A DNA stretch of 64,000 nt, from the NCBI GenBank assembly GCA_963727455.1, contig CAVSGG010000008.1:64001-128000 (forward strand). The letters run 5' to 3'. Shown here in pieces: positions 29,386 through 39,663 of this stretch. The stretch is from Candidatus Krumholzibacteriota bacterium (GTDB taxonomy: Bacteria > Krumholzibacteriota > Krumholzibacteriia > JAJRXK01). The notes beneath the pieces were generated by a model. It saw only the letters and a list, made by a program, of their open reading frames with translations, did not search any database and had not been told where the DNA came from. The position numbers and the translations under genes were made by a program. Every line of letters begins with the position of its first letter. The first letter of the stretch is position 1.

Positions 29386-30744
29386 TCAGAGGCCGAGAAC
29401 CTTGTGGGCGAGGCTCAAATAGACCAAGAGTCCCAACACGTCGTTGCTCGTCGTGATGAAAGGACCAGTGGCCAGAGCCGGGTCAACCCCCATCCAATTC
29501 AGCACCAAGGGTACGATCGTCCCAATCGAAGTCGCGACGACGACGACGCACATCAACGCCAACCCGATCACGAAGCCGACGGCTGGGTCCTGCCGGAACA
29601 GGACCAGAGTCAGCACGAGCATTCCACCCAGAAGAAACCCGTTGAGCAGTCCGACAAATACCTCGCGGGCGATGTGTCGGCGCGCCCGGAAGCGATCGAA
29701 ATTACCCGTGGCCAACGCCCGAATGAGATTGGACGAAGTCTGTACCCCGGAATTTCCTCCCGTCGCCATCACCAGAGGAATGAAGAAGGCCAGAATCACT
29801 TTCACCTGAAGTCCGGCCTGAAATCGGGAGATCACCAGGGCCGAGAGCAATTCGCCCAGAAGTCCCATCATGAGCCAGGGCAGCCGAGCTCTGGAGATGG
29901 CCTTTACCGAAGTCTGCCCGAACTCCTCCTCGCTGGAGCCGGCGAAGCGCGCCATGTCTTCGGTCGCTTCCTCGGTCATCACGTCGATTACGTCGTCGAC
30001 GGTGATGCGACCCACCAGACGGCGGTTCGTATCCACCACCGCCATAGATAGCAAGTCTCTCCTGGCAAATAGCTGCGCCACTTTCTCCTGATCCTCCATC
30101 ACCTCGATGGAGACGGGCTCGGGATTCATGACCGCGGCGGCCTTGGCCTTCGGATCGAGAATGAAAACCTTGACGACAGGAATCTGGCCCAAAAGCCGCC
30201 CGGAGGAATCGACCACGAACACGAACTGGTGGCTGAGAAGCTCTTCCTCTCCGAGCTTTCTCAACCCTTCGGCGATCTTGCCGATCGTGTGCTCCTGGTT
30301 GACCGAGAGGAACTCCTTGGCCATGACTCCGCCGGCGGAGTCCTCGGGGTAGCGCAGCAGCTCGGAGAGCTCGACTGCGTCCTGATGGTCCACTTGGTCC
30401 AGGAGGTCGACGACGCGGACCGCTTGGTCGTTCTCCATGTGGGCCACGACGTCCGCGGCATCGTCGCTATCGAGTGCGTCGAGCATCTCCACGATCTCCT
30501 GATCTTTGAGCAGATCCAGCAGATCGGGCAAACTACGCTCGTCCAATTCGGTGAGAATCGCGGCCGCCACTTCCGCGGGAAGCAGTCTGAGTACCGCTAC
30601 TTTGCGTTCGTGTTCGAAGCCGCGCAGGATGTCGGCCACGTCCGCCGGAGTGCGATCCAGGAGAAGACGCGCCGCTCCATCGACATCCTCCGCTTCGAAG
30701 CGCTCGAGGATCTGTTCGAAAAGAGGCTGAAGATCTTCGAGCAT
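29386..30744 (-). CDS. mgtE: Magnesium transporter MgtE
   Basis: MgtE N domain, YPEDSAGGVM CBS pair, ITVDDVID, RLPWL, GGNSG.Q and DPALATGPFITTSND. Confidence 0.96.
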   Translation of the reverse strand: MLEDLQPLFEQILERFEAEDVDGAARLLLDRTPADVADILRGFEHERKVAVLRLLPAEVAAAILTELDERSLPDLLDLLKDQEIVEMLDALDSDDAADVVAHMENDQAVRVVDLLDQVDHQDAVELSELLRYPEDSAGGVMAKEFLSVNQEHTIGKIAEGLRKLGEEELLSHQFVFVVDSSGRLLGQIPVVKVFILDPKAKAAAVMNPEPVSIEVMEDQEKVAQLFARRDLLSMAVVDTNRRLVGRITVDDVIDVMTEEATEDMARFAGSSEEEFGQTSVKAISRARLPWLMMGLLGELLSALVISRFQAGLQVKVILAFFIPLVMATGGNSGVQTSSNLIRALATGNFDRFRARRHIAREVFVGLLNGFLLGGMLVLTLVLFRQDPAVGFVIGLALMCVVVVATSIGTIVPLVLNWMGVDPALATGPFITTSNDVLGLLVYLSLAHKVLGL

Positions 30745-30765
30745 CTCGCGCGTCCGGGCTAGAGT

Positions 30766-31437
30766 CTACACCTCGCTCATGTCGGCAGAGCGGTCGGGAT
30801 GATCGCCGATTCTCGCGAGGACCAACGCTCGGGCCCGAGGAGAGACCACCGCGCCACCTGAGATCACCATCTTGAGGCCTTCTTCGATGGAGATGTCTAG
30901 CTGAATAGCATCTTCGACGGGAATCAGCAAGAAATAGCCGCTGGTGGGGTTGGGAGTCGTGGGCAGGAAGATGTGATAGAGACCGGCGCTGCCGGGATGG
31001 TTCAACTCGTTGGTGACGAAACCCAGGCTCCACGATCCACGCCGGGGATACTCGAAAAGAACGACCTTCCGGAAGGCTCGGCTCTGGTCCGCGAAGAGCA
31101 CGGTGGTGAGCTCTTTGGTGGCGGAGTAGATCCCCTTGAGAAAGGGAATGCGCGCCACGAGGCGGTCGAATGCACCCAACACCGCCTTGCCAAAGAGACT
31201 GTTGGCCGTTGCTCCCACCGCGCTGATGGTCAGGATTGCCGCGATCAGCCCGATTGCCGTCCCGGCAATCTGCGGCAGGTGGCCGTAAAGCCAGGGAGTT
31301 CGCGCGATCCACGGCCCCAACCATCCATCTACCGTGCGCACGATAAACCAGAGCACCCAGAAGGTCACCACCACGGGTATGATCACCACGAGCCCGGTAA
31401 AAAACGCTCGCCGCAAGCCGCGCAAAGGAGTTCTCAC
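30766..31437 (-). CDS. DUF502 membrane protein
   Basis: FFTGL...P...T, RIPF...IY, VVLFEYPR.G, FLPTTPNPTSG and ISGG. Confidence 0.9.
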   Translation of the reverse strand: MRTPLRGLRRAFFTGLVVIIPVVVTFWVLWFIVRTVDGWLGPWIARTPWLYGHLPQIAGTAIGLIAAILTISAVGATANSLFGKAVLGAFDRLVARIPFLKGIYSATKELTTVLFADQSRAFRKVVLFEYPRRGSWSLGFVTNELNHPGSAGLYHIFLPTTPNPTSGYFLLIPVEDAIQLDISIEEGLKMVISGGAVVSPRARALVLARIGDHPDRSADMSEV

Positions 31438-32744
31438 GATTCCTGCTCCGTGGAATTGCCGTTGCCCTCTTCGCGGGGAGCAAGCACGCGGTCGCTGACG
31501 AGAGTGACCTGGAGCATGCGTTGCCGTTCCACGCGATCGATGGTGAAGCGTAGACCTTCGTATTCCACCCCATCCCCCCGACTCGGCACTTTCCCCAATT
31601 CCGCGTAGAGGAACCCACCCAGGGTGTCACTGTCCTCGGTGGGAAGGGTTAGTCCGAGTTCCTCGTTCAAGTCGTCGAGATCGATGCGAGGATCGAGGAT
31701 CACGTGGTGATCGTCGAGCACACGAATGCGCTCGCCTTCCTGATCGAATTCGTCGCGAATCTCGCCGACGATCTCTTCGAGGATGTCCTCCATCGTGACG
31801 ATACCCGCCGTCCCGCCGTACTCGTCCACCACGACCGCAAGGTGAACCCTCTGCTCGCGAAATTCCCGTAGGGCCTCGTCCACGCTCTTGCTCTCAGGCA
31901 AGAAGTGCACTGGCCGAAGGAGTTGGCGCAGCGTCGGAGTCTCGCTCCTGGCGCGAGCGACCAATAGATCCTTCGTGTGCAAAATGCCCAAGATGGTGTC
32001 CTGGTTCTGCTCCCACACCGGCAGTCGCGTGTAGGGTTGGTTCACCGCGAAGCTTTCCGCGTCCCCGAAACTCGTGTTCACGTCGAGACCCTGTACGTCC
32101 ACTCGGGGGACCATGATCTCGCGGATTTCGGTGTCTCTCAAATCGAAGATGGAACGCACCAGATCGCGCTCCTCCTCTTCCATCTCCACCTCAGCATCCT
32201 CGTCGGCCAGGATGGCGCGCAGCTCGCCTCCGCTCAGAGGCGGGGAAATGTCCATTGCTCCCAGTTCGGGTGCCACTCGTGCCACCAAGAACCAGAGCAG
32301 ACGGGTGAAGGGCAGAAATACCGCAAGAAGAAGGGAGGCAAGCGGAAGGCTGGCTCGGGCGAACGCCGCGGGACGCGAGAGGGCCACCGACTTGAAAAGC
32401 AAGCTGCCCAGGACCAGGAGCGCGAAGAAAGCGATCCAGGCCGGAATCCACAGGACCGGGCTCCAGTCCAGTGCCACCAAGATTCTCCAAAGTAGCGCGG
32501 CGGTGAGACAGGCCGCGACGAGATGCGAGGTCGAAAGCGAAAGGAGCAGATCCTTGGAGCGGGAGATGAGACCCCGGATCGGCCGAGGCAAGTCTTCGTC
32601 GCCCAGCAGTCCCTCGCGCCGCATCCGCAAAAGCGTGACATAGGAGCTGATCATTCCGGCCGCAAGGAAACAGAGCAAGAGCCCGCTAAAAAAGAGCAAG
32701 AGGTCCGATCCGATGAGCCCGTGATCCAGATCGCCTTCGTTCAC
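31434..32744 (-). CDS. Hemolysin-family/CorC (CNNM-CBS-CorC) protein
   Basis: N-terminal TMs, REIMVPR, HLAVVVDEYGGTAGIVTMEDILEEIVGEI and DTLGGF. Confidence 0.92.
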   Translation of the reverse strand: MNEGDLDHGLIGSDLLLFFSGLLLCFLAAGMISSYVTLLRMRREGLLGDEDLPRPIRGLISRSKDLLLSLSTSHLVAACLTAALLWRILVALDWSPVLWIPAWIAFFALLVLGSLLFKSVALSRPAAFARASLPLASLLLAVFLPFTRLLWFLVARVAPELGAMDISPPLSGGELRAILADEDAEVEMEEEERDLVRSIFDLRDTEIREIMVPRVDVQGLDVNTSFGDAESFAVNQPYTRLPVWEQNQDTILGILHTKDLLVARARSETPTLRQLLRPVHFLPESKSVDEALREFREQRVHLAVVVDEYGGTAGIVTMEDILEEIVGEIRDEFDQEGERIRVLDDHHVILDPRIDLDDLNEELGLTLPTEDSDTLGGFLYAELGKVPSRGDGVEYEGLRFTIDRVERQRMLQVTLVSDRVLAPREEGNGNSTEQES

Positions 32745-33271
32745 CTACTCGCTCCTCCTTCTGATCCTCCGAGAGGCTCTTCTCGAGGGGCCTTGAGGAT
32801 TGTGTCCTGTGCGTCTTCCATCTCCTTGGCATCCTCGGCGTTGATGTGATCGTACCCGAGAGTATGAAGCATGCCGTGGATGGCTAGAAACTGGAATTCC
32901 TCGTTGTCATCGTGATCCCGCCGAATATCTCGCTTTTGCATGGTCTCGACGCTGATGAGAACTTGCCCAACCACGATCTGGTCTTCCGGGGACTCCTGGT
33001 TGAATTCGCGCGCTTTTCGTCTTCCCTGCAGCAGATCCTGCCGGTGCTCTTCGTGCCCTTCCAGATACGAGAACGAGAGTACGTCAGTCGGCCGGTCCTT
33101 GTTGCGATAGTCACGATTGAGCTGACGAATTACCTGGTCGTCGGTGAGCACGACTTCCAGTATCCCGTCGGGGGGGCCAAAACCAGCGATGAGTCGACGC
33201 AGTCGGGTCTCTGCTTCAGCGTCTGGTAGCCACGGAGTCTTGTCCCCGTCGACCGCGAGCTCGAGTCTCAA
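32741..33271 (-). CDS. ybeY: rRNA maturation endoribonuclease YbeY
   Basis: LNRDYRNKDRPTDVLSF and HGMLHTLGYDH. Probable TTG start with an AGGAG RBS, overlapping the 3' end of the HD gene. Confidence 0.93.
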   Translation of the reverse strand: MRLELAVDGDKTPWLPDAEAETRLRRLIAGFGPPDGILEVVLTDDQVIRQLNRDYRNKDRPTDVLSFSYLEGHEEHRQDLLQGRRKAREFNQESPEDQIVVGQVLISVETMQKRDIRRDHDDNEEFQFLAIHGMLHTLGYDHINAEDAKEMEDAQDTILKAPREEPLGGSEGGASR

Positions 33272-35507
33272 TGCTCTCCTTCTCCTTCTTGTCCTCATGC
33301 TCTTTCTGTCCGGGATAGGCAACCCGTTGGTGATGAATGCCCACCAGGATCGGCACGAACGCCTCACGGACTCGCGCGAGGTCGCGCATAGTCAGATTGC
33401 AGTCGTCGAGCTCGCCCTCTTCCATTCTCCGCTCGAGAATTCCTTTGACCATTTCCCTGATCCGGCTCGGCGTGGGCCGACGCAGCGAGCGAGTGCTCGC
33501 CTCGACACCGTCCGCGAGCATGACGATGGCCGTCTCTTTGGACTGCGGTTTGGGACCGGGATAGCGGAAATCCTCGACTTTTACCGCACCGCCATCATCG
33601 CGTTCGAGCGCCTTGTGGTAGAAATATCGCATCACGCTCGTGCCATGATGCTCGGGAATGAAGTCGGTCACATCCTTGGGTAGGCCCCACTGACGCCCCA
33701 GTTCGACACCATCTTTCACGTGCGCCGCTATGACCAGAGCGCTCATTCGCGGCGACAGGTCGTCGTGAGCGTTGGGCCCACCCTTTTGATTCTCCACGTA
33801 GTAGCGAGGCTTAAGCAGTTTGCCGATGTCGTGGTAATTCGCGCCGACGCGAGTGCGAAGCGAGTTGGCACCGATCGCACGGCTGGCGGCCTCCGCCAGG
33901 GTGCCAACCACTTGGCTGTGGTGGAAAGTACCGGGTGATTCCAGGGCCATCCTGCGCAAGAGGGGATGATTGAGGTCGCTCAGCTCGAGCAGAGTGAGAT
34001 CTGTCGTGATCTCGAAGATGCTCTCGAATACCGGCAAGAGAAAGAGCGCCAGGGCCGTGCTGACGATGCCGCTGCCGATGCCCCACAGAACGGGATGCAC
34101 CCACTCTCTCAGACTGTTGGCCTGACCCAGCTGCAGCGCGCCGACCGAGATCAGATAGCCGATTGAGACCACTCCGATCGCCTTGTAGAATTGGTTGCGA
34201 TTTCTCACTCGCCTCACCATGCGCATCGCGATGGCGCCGGCGACGATCCAAACCAAAAGGGTCGAGGCAGGAATGCTGGGCAGCAGTGCGATGAGAAGAA
34301 CGGAACACAGGAGCATCCTCGCGGCAGGACCCTCGCCGTGCAGAATGGTGGCCAGCATGACCAGCATGACGATGGGGACCGCGATCGGTCCAAAGGTCCC
34401 GCGGCTGATCGCTATCCAAGTAAACAAGAGGTAGAGCACGAGAAGCACGCAGAGCGCGAGGAAACGCCGGTAGTCACTCAACTGCTTCTTGTGTCTCCCG
34501 CTCAAGCTCAAGCACAGCCCGAGCAAGAGGGAGAGCACCAGAATCGCTCGTCCGGTACGCAGTCTCAGAGCTATGCCCTTGTTCGAAGCGAACGCACGCT
34601 CACGGCGCGCCTCTTCGAGTGCAGTGAGTACCGCGAGGTCCTCGCGATTGACTCGCACGCCACTGTCCAGAATTCGCTCGTTGCGCGCGAATTCCCGGTT
34701 CGTGGGCACTTCCGACACCCCGAGGCTTCTCTGCTCTTCGGTACGCGCGTCGTCGTAGGACAAATTGGGGGTCAGCAAGTAGGCCAAGATTGCGGCTACC
34801 GCCGTCTTCTCGTCCGCTCGGCGAAAGAAGGCGCCGGCCTCCTTGCGCGCCGCTTCGCCCTGACGGTAGCCCAAGACCAGGTCATCCACTTCTTCCACCC
34901 GGTCTTCCAGACTGTCCGGATCGATGACGTGGACGAGACTGTAATTGCCCCGCGGAGTGGTATCCACGATTCCGCGTTCCAGCAGCTTGTCGGCTAGGCT
35001 TGCGATCGCATTCGACTTGCTCTCGGTACCACCATTCACCAGCCACCGCAGGTATGGAGCACCGATTCCACGGAACTCGGATTGAAGTACCGTGACTTTC
35101 TTTGCCAGCGTGAGGCTGTCCGAGGCGGCAAGGAACTTGGCCCGAGCCAAAAATCGCACAACTTCTTCCTTCGAGTGTTTTTCCGCCTCGGTCTCTCGCA
35201 AGTAAACCGGCTCGATTCGCCGGGAAGCTTCGAGACGCGCCGCTTCCAATTCCCTGCGCGGCCGGGGCGCGCTAAAAGGAAAGGGGGCGCGAATCTCGTG
35301 CTCGGTGATGTCCCCCACCTCAAGCTTGAGGCTGGGCGCGGTCCGAATGGGTGGAAAGAGCAGAAGATGCAGAGCGGTGATGGCCAATAGAGGTAGACCG
35401 TAGACGAGAACGAGACGGAAGTTCAGCCCTTCGCGCCACCGCTGGGTGTCCGGATCGCGCGCTTCGACCTGCGCACCTTTCCGGAGAGCCTGTCGCCACG
35501 ATCTCAT
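33216..35507 (-). CDS. 7TM-HDIG phosphohydrolase (PgpH-like c-di-AMP phosphodiesterase family)
   Basis: 7TMR-HDED extracellular domain, 7 TMs, PGTFHHS, YHDIGK, EHHGT, FRYPGPKP and MLADGVEA; phoH-HD-ybeY synteny. Confidence 0.92.
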   Translation of the reverse strand: MRSWRQALRKGAQVEARDPDTQRWREGLNFRLVLVYGLPLLAITALHLLLFPPIRTAPSLKLEVGDITEHEIRAPFPFSAPRPRRELEAARLEASRRIEPVYLRETEAEKHSKEEVVRFLARAKFLAASDSLTLAKKVTVLQSEFRGIGAPYLRWLVNGGTESKSNAIASLADKLLERGIVDTTPRGNYSLVHVIDPDSLEDRVEEVDDLVLGYRQGEAARKEAGAFFRRADEKTAVAAILAYLLTPNLSYDDARTEEQRSLGVSEVPTNREFARNERILDSGVRVNREDLAVLTALEEARRERAFASNKGIALRLRTGRAILVLSLLLGLCLSLSGRHKKQLSDYRRFLALCVLLVLYLLFTWIAISRGTFGPIAVPIVMLVMLATILHGEGPAARMLLCSVLLIALLPSIPASTLLVWIVAGAIAMRMVRRVRNRNQFYKAIGVVSIGYLISVGALQLGQANSLREWVHPVLWGIGSGIVSTALALFLLPVFESIFEITTDLTLLELSDLNHPLLRRMALESPGTFHHSQVVGTLAEAASRAIGANSLRTRVGANYHDIGKLLKPRYYVENQKGGPNAHDDLSPRMSALVIAAHVKDGVELGRQWGLPKDVTDFIPEHHGTSVMRYFYHKALERDDGGAVKVEDFRYPGPKPQSKETAIVMLADGVEASTRSLRRPTPSRIREMVKGILERRMEEGELDDCNLTMRDLARVREAFVPILVGIHHQRVAYPGQKEHEDKKEKESIETRARGRRGQDSVATRR

Positions 35508-36493
35508 TGCGGACCCTCCGCACCGCTGGCCTTGTCGCCACGTCCGTTCGAAGCCGCGTTCTCCTCGAAGGCGGCCACGATGCGGCGTACCAGAGGATGG
35601 CGCACCACGTCTCGTTCGTCGAGGTCGATGAAGCTCACTCCAGCTACGTCCTTGATGATGGAACGAACCCTCACGAGCCCGCTGGCTTCGGGCTGGGTGA
35701 TATCGATCTGCGTGATGTCACCGGTAACGATGGCGCGGGTCCCTTCACCGATGCGCGTGAGAAACATCTTCATCTGGCCCAAAGTCGTATTCTGTCCCTC
35801 GTCCAAGATGACGAAAGCGTGATTCAAGGTTCGGCCCCGCATGTAGGCCAGAGGGGCGACCTCTATGGTCCCGTTGGCCAGCAAGCGTGTCAGGCGCGAG
35901 GTGCCGAGACACTCGCTCAAGGCATCGTGCAGGGGGCGCAGATACGGATCTACCTTCTCCTGCAGATCGCCCGGCAAAAAGCCGAGCTGTTCCCCCGCCT
36001 CCACCGCCGGACGCACGAGGAAGATCCTCTCCACCTCTCGGTTCTGCAGGGCCATGAGCGCAAGCACCACGGCGAGGTAGGTCTTTCCCGTTCCGGCCGG
36101 CCCCACCGCGAAGACGACGTCGTGATGTCGAACTGCCTCGAGGTAACGCGCCTGACCCCGAGTGCGCGCATGAATGATGACGCGCTGCTTCCCGTTCAGG
36201 TGAATACCCTCGGCTGCCGCGCCGCGCAGCTTCGGAGCCTCTCCCGCCAGGATCCGATCGATGCTCTCGGGGTCGATGCGCCGGCCCTCCTGGGCCCAAC
36301 GCAAAACTTCGCCCATGGCCTTCTCCATGGCGTCGACGCGCTCGGGTTCACCTTGGAGGATGAGGGTGTCGCCGCGCACCACGAGAGTGCCTTCGAAACG
36401 CTCTTCTAGACGTCGCAGATTGGCGTCTTGGTGGCCCAGGAAATCGAGGAGGTCCAGGCCCTTCAAGGAAATGGTGGTTCGCTTCTCGTTCAT
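35504..36493 (-). CDS. phoH: PhoH-family ATPase
   Basis: GPAGTGKT, RPAVEAGE.LGFLPGDL, APLAYMRGRTL, DEGQN and GDITQID. Confidence 0.95.
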   Translation of the reverse strand: MNEKRTTISLKGLDLLDFLGHQDANLRRLEERFEGTLVVRGDTLILQGEPERVDAMEKAMGEVLRWAQEGRRIDPESIDRILAGEAPKLRGAAAEGIHLNGKQRVIIHARTRGQARYLEAVRHHDVVFAVGPAGTGKTYLAVVLALMALQNREVERIFLVRPAVEAGEQLGFLPGDLQEKVDPYLRPLHDALSECLGTSRLTRLLANGTIEVAPLAYMRGRTLNHAFVILDEGQNTTLGQMKMFLTRIGEGTRAIVTGDITQIDITQPEASGLVRVRSIIKDVAGVSFIDLDERDVVRHPLVRRIVAAFEENAASNGRGDKASGAEGPQ

Positions 36494-36720
36494 CGAGGGC
36501 GGCGCCGCGGCAAATGGGGAACTCCAAAAGGCCCGGTTTCGGGCGCTGGCGATCGTCCGAGGAGTCCCTGGCTGAAATCTATCCCAGTTCCCAGGGCCCT
36601 GCAAGCTACCAGGCAGCAGGGTACGTGCCGAGAAGACCCCTCTTGCGGCGCGAAGATGACGAAGCGCCCCCGGCTCTTGCCGGGGGCGCCCAGGACGCAT
36701 GGAGCGAGCGAGCTCAGTGG

Positions 36721-37428
36721 CTAGTCGCGCGGAATCCGCAGCTTCCAGCCGGGCCAGATGATGTCGGGATCGCTAATTTGATCCTTGTTGGCCTCGTAGA
36801 GCTTGGTCCACTGCGCGGGATCGTTATAGACCTCCCAATACCAGGCAATCTTGCCCAGATATTCGTCCGGCTGCACAGTCCAAGTGCTAGGCCAGTCGCG
36901 AGGGATGGTCAATTCCCAGCCAGGGTAGATCAGGTTGGGATCCTCGATCTTGTCCTTGTTGGCACGGTAGATCCGTGGCCACTTCAGGGGATCCGCATAG
37001 ATATCGTCCATGGCCGAGATGCCGTAAAGGAATTCTCCGTCTTTCACGGTCCAGACCTTCGGCAGGTTCTCGTAGTAGTCGATCTCCTTCTGCACCGCGT
37101 CGATGTCAGATTTCTTCTGGCTGTACTGATCCTCGAGCTTCTTGATGTCGGCGTCCAGCGAAGCAGTCTGAGCCTTGAGCTTCTGCGTTTCGCCGCTCAC
37201 TTCCTGCGACTTCTGCCCGAGGTTTGCGAGCTCCTGATCCAGAGAGGCGCAGTAATCGGAGTACTGATCCTTGCTCAGCTTCTGCACCTCTTCGGGGGTG
37301 TAGTAATCGCCGGCCGTGACGTCGACCTGGCGGTCGACACCCGAAGAGCAAGCGGTGAGTGCCATGAGTCCGACAGCGACCAGGGAGAGCCCAGCGCGGC
37401 GGATGATCTGCTGCTTCATGTTGATCAT
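36721..37428 (-). CDS. Coiled-coil lipoprotein with two LysM domains
   Basis: ALTA-C lipobox; two copies of WTV...E.L..I.....Y.DP..W...Y.ANKD.I.DP..I.PGW.L.IPRD. Confidence 0.9.
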   Translation of the reverse strand: MINMKQQIIRRAGLSLVAVGLMALTACSSGVDRQVDVTAGDYYTPEEVQKLSKDQYSDYCASLDQELANLGQKSQEVSGETQKLKAQTASLDADIKKLEDQYSQKKSDIDAVQKEIDYYENLPKVWTVKDGEFLYGISAMDDIYADPLKWPRIYRANKDKIEDPNLIYPGWELTIPRDWPSTWTVQPDEYLGKIAWYWEVYNDPAQWTKLYEANKDQISDPDIIWPGWKLRIPRD

Positions 37429-37446
37429 TCCTTTCCGGCTTGGGGC

Positions 37447-37725
37447 CTAGCGGCCGCTGCCCTTCTTGAGTGTATCCAGGTGCTCGTCCAACTCACTCTT
37501 GTCGGGCAAGTTCTCGAGCTTCTTCTGAAGATCCGCCTGCTTGGTCTTCTCCGTCTCCAGCTGGGCCTTCGCGGAGTCCAACTGTCCTTGTGCCGTCTGC
37601 AGCTCCGAGCGAGCGCTCTCGATTTGCGACGGATCCGTCGCACAGGGTTGGTTCTTGGAGCAACCCGTGACAAAAAGCGCCAAACCGATCGTGCAAACGG
37701 TGACGAGCCTGATGATGTTCTTCAA
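37447..37725 (-). CDS. Small coiled-coil lipoprotein
   Basis: TTG start after GGAGG; FVTG-C lipobox; heptad-rich ~70-aa mature part. Confidence 0.75.
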   Translation of the reverse strand: MKNIIRLVTVCTIGLALFVTGCSKNQPCATDPSQIESARSELQTAQGQLDSAKAQLETEKTKQADLQKKLENLPDKSELDEHLDTLKKGSGR

Positions 37726-37836
37726 GCCCGCTGCACCTCCTCTCGCGCCACTTCGTTTCGAGGGCGCAAACGTTGGATCCCGACAAAACGCCCCAATCGC
37801 GTCCTGACGGTGATCGTTCTTCACGATTTCCTCGCC

Positions 37837-37864
37837 AACATAACCTCAGCGGGAATAGTGTCAA
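37837..37864 (-). promoter_or_regulatory. Possible sigma70-type promoter for the lipoprotein pair
   Basis: TTGACA-16 nt-TATGTT overlapping the aspS stop. Confidence 0.4.
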
Positions 37865-39663
37865 GCACTATTGGTGCCGTTTTCCGAGCCACTTTCCGTC
37901 GGAAGTGTCAGTTTCAAGCCCAGTTCTGCCAATTGACGGTCCGAGATCCTCGAAGGCGCACCGTCGAGCGGGTTGGCCGCGATGGTGGTCTTGGGAAATG
38001 CGATGACCTCGCGAATGCTCCGTCCGCCGACCAGCATGGTCACGATTCGGTCGAGCCCCAGAGCGATTCCCCCATGCGGTGGGGCCCCGTACTCGAGCGC
38101 TCGCAAAAACCAGCCGAACTTTCGCTGGGCCTCTTCCTTGGAAATGCCGCACACCGAGAGGACCCTTTCCTGCAGCTCGCGCTGGTGAATCCGAATGCTT
38201 CCGCTGCCCAGTTCCACGCCGTTACAGACCAGATCGTAGAGCCTGGCGTACACGCTCCCCGGATCGCTCTCCAAGACCTCGAGGTCCTGCTCGCGCGGCA
38301 TGGTGAACATGTGATGCATGGCAGTCCAGCCGCCGCTCTCCTCGTCCTTCTCGAAGAGGGGAAAGTCATGGACCCAGCAGAATTCGAACTCCTCGCCTTC
38401 TCGCAAGCCCAAGCGTTCTGCAACTTCAAGCCGCAGCTGACCCAAAATGCGATTCGCACGCGACCGTGTGTCCGCTACGAAGAGAATGAGATCCCCCGGC
38501 CGCGCACCCGCGTCCTCGGCCAAGCTCTGCAGAGCATCGCTCGTAAAGAACTTGGCGAAAGAACCGCTCAATCCCTCCTCGCCCCACTTCAGGTAGGCCA
38601 GCCCTTTCCCGCCGAACTTGCGCGCGATCTCCTCTAGTTCGCCAATGTCCTTACGCGAGCTCGTGGCCAAGCTCGGTGCGACCACGGCCTTTACTCTTCC
38701 GCCCTCCGCCACCACTTTCGAGAAGACCTTGAACTCGCCGGCAGCGGCTTGCTCGCTGAGATCTACCAAGGGCAGCTCGAATCGCAAGTCGGGTTTGTCC
38801 GAACCGTATACGTCCATCGCTTCATCGAAACTCAGTCGCGGAAAGGGAGTCTGAACCTCCCTTCCCAACGCGCGCCCCACGATGCTGGTCATCAGTCCCT
38901 CGACCAGGGAGTAAATTCTCTCTTCGTCGATGAAGCTCATCTCCAGATCGATCTGGGTGTGCTCGGGTTGTCTGTCCGCGCGAAGGTCCTCGTCGCGGAG
39001 ACAGCGCGCGAGTTGGAAATAGCGATCCACTCCGCTGATCATGAGCGTCTGCTTGTAGAGCTGCGGACTCTGGGGGAGCGCGTAGAACTTGCCGGGATGA
39101 ACGCGACTGGGAACGACGTAGTCGCGCGCGCCCTCTGGCGTGGTCTGAATCAAGAGAGGCGTTTCGACTTCCAGAAAGCCCTCATCTGAGAGAAACTCGC
39201 GCGTTGCGCGGGCCACCTCGTGGCGAATCCGTAGGTTGCGCTGCATCTCGGGCATGCGCAGGTGAAGATAGCGGTGTTTGAGAATGAGCTCCTCGCCCGC
39301 GCCTTCAATTTGCTCGGGTTGGAAGGGTAGGACCGCGCAGCGGTTCAAGAGCTCCAAGCGCTCGGCCACTACCTCGATTCCCCCGGTGTGCATCTGGGGA
39401 TTGATCATGTCGTCGGGCCGTGCGCGGACGGAACCCTTCACCGCCACCACGTCCTCCTGGCGCAGAGACTGCGCCCTCTCGTGCATCGCTTCATCTTGCG
39501 GGCCGAAGACCACTTGGGTCACCCCGTAGCGATCTCGCAGATCGACGAACACAAGCCCCCCGTGGTCACGCCGCGAAGACACCCAACCATTGAGGGTGAC
39601 CCCTTGTCCGACTTGAGCCGGAGTCAGTTCCCCGCAGGTGTGACTGCGCCTGAGCCCTTTCAT
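37861..39663 (-). CDS. aspS: Aspartate--tRNA ligase
   Basis: RSHTCGEL, RRDHGGLVFVDLRD, TPEGARDY, YALPQSPQ and YGAPPHGGIALGLDR. Confidence 0.98.
   Translation of the reverse strand: MKGLRRSHTCGELTPAQVGQGVTLNGWVSSRRDHGGLVFVDLRDRYGVTQVVFGPQDEAMHERAQSLRQEDVVAVKGSVRARPDDMINPQMHTGGIEVVAERLELLNRCAVLPFQPEQIEGAGEELILKHRYLHLRMPEMQRNLRIRHEVARATREFLSDEGFLEVETPLLIQTTPEGARDYVVPSRVHPGKFYALPQSPQLYKQTLMISGVDRYFQLARCLRDEDLRADRQPEHTQIDLEMSFIDEERIYSLVEGLMTSIVGRALGREVQTPFPRLSFDEAMDVYGSDKPDLRFELPLVDLSEQAAAGEFKVFSKVVAEGGRVKAVVAPSLATSSRKDIGELEEIARKFGGKGLAYLKWGEEGLSGSFAKFFTSDALQSLAEDAGARPGDLILFVADTRSRANRILGQLRLEVAERLGLREGEEFEFCWVHDFPLFEKDEESGGWTAMHHMFTMPREQDLEVLESDPGSVYARLYDLVCNGVELGSGSIRIHQRELQERVLSVCGISKEEAQRKFGWFLRALEYGAPPHGGIALGLDRIVTMLVGGRSIREVIAFPKTTIAANPLDGAPSRISDRQLAELGLKLTLPTESGSENGTNSA

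Noticed and set aside
33216-33271. Frameshift between the HD gene and ybeY
   Set aside because: Both proteins look complete; a TTG start with an AGGAG RBS explains the 56-bp overlap.
36514-38637. 707-aa plus-strand ORF, and similar long antisense ORFs (e.g. 14783-15820, 49523-50779, 54139-55314, 60939-61967, 62588-63685)
   Set aside because: They lie antisense to well-supported genes and have no recognisable motifs; such shadow ORFs are typical of high-GC DNA.
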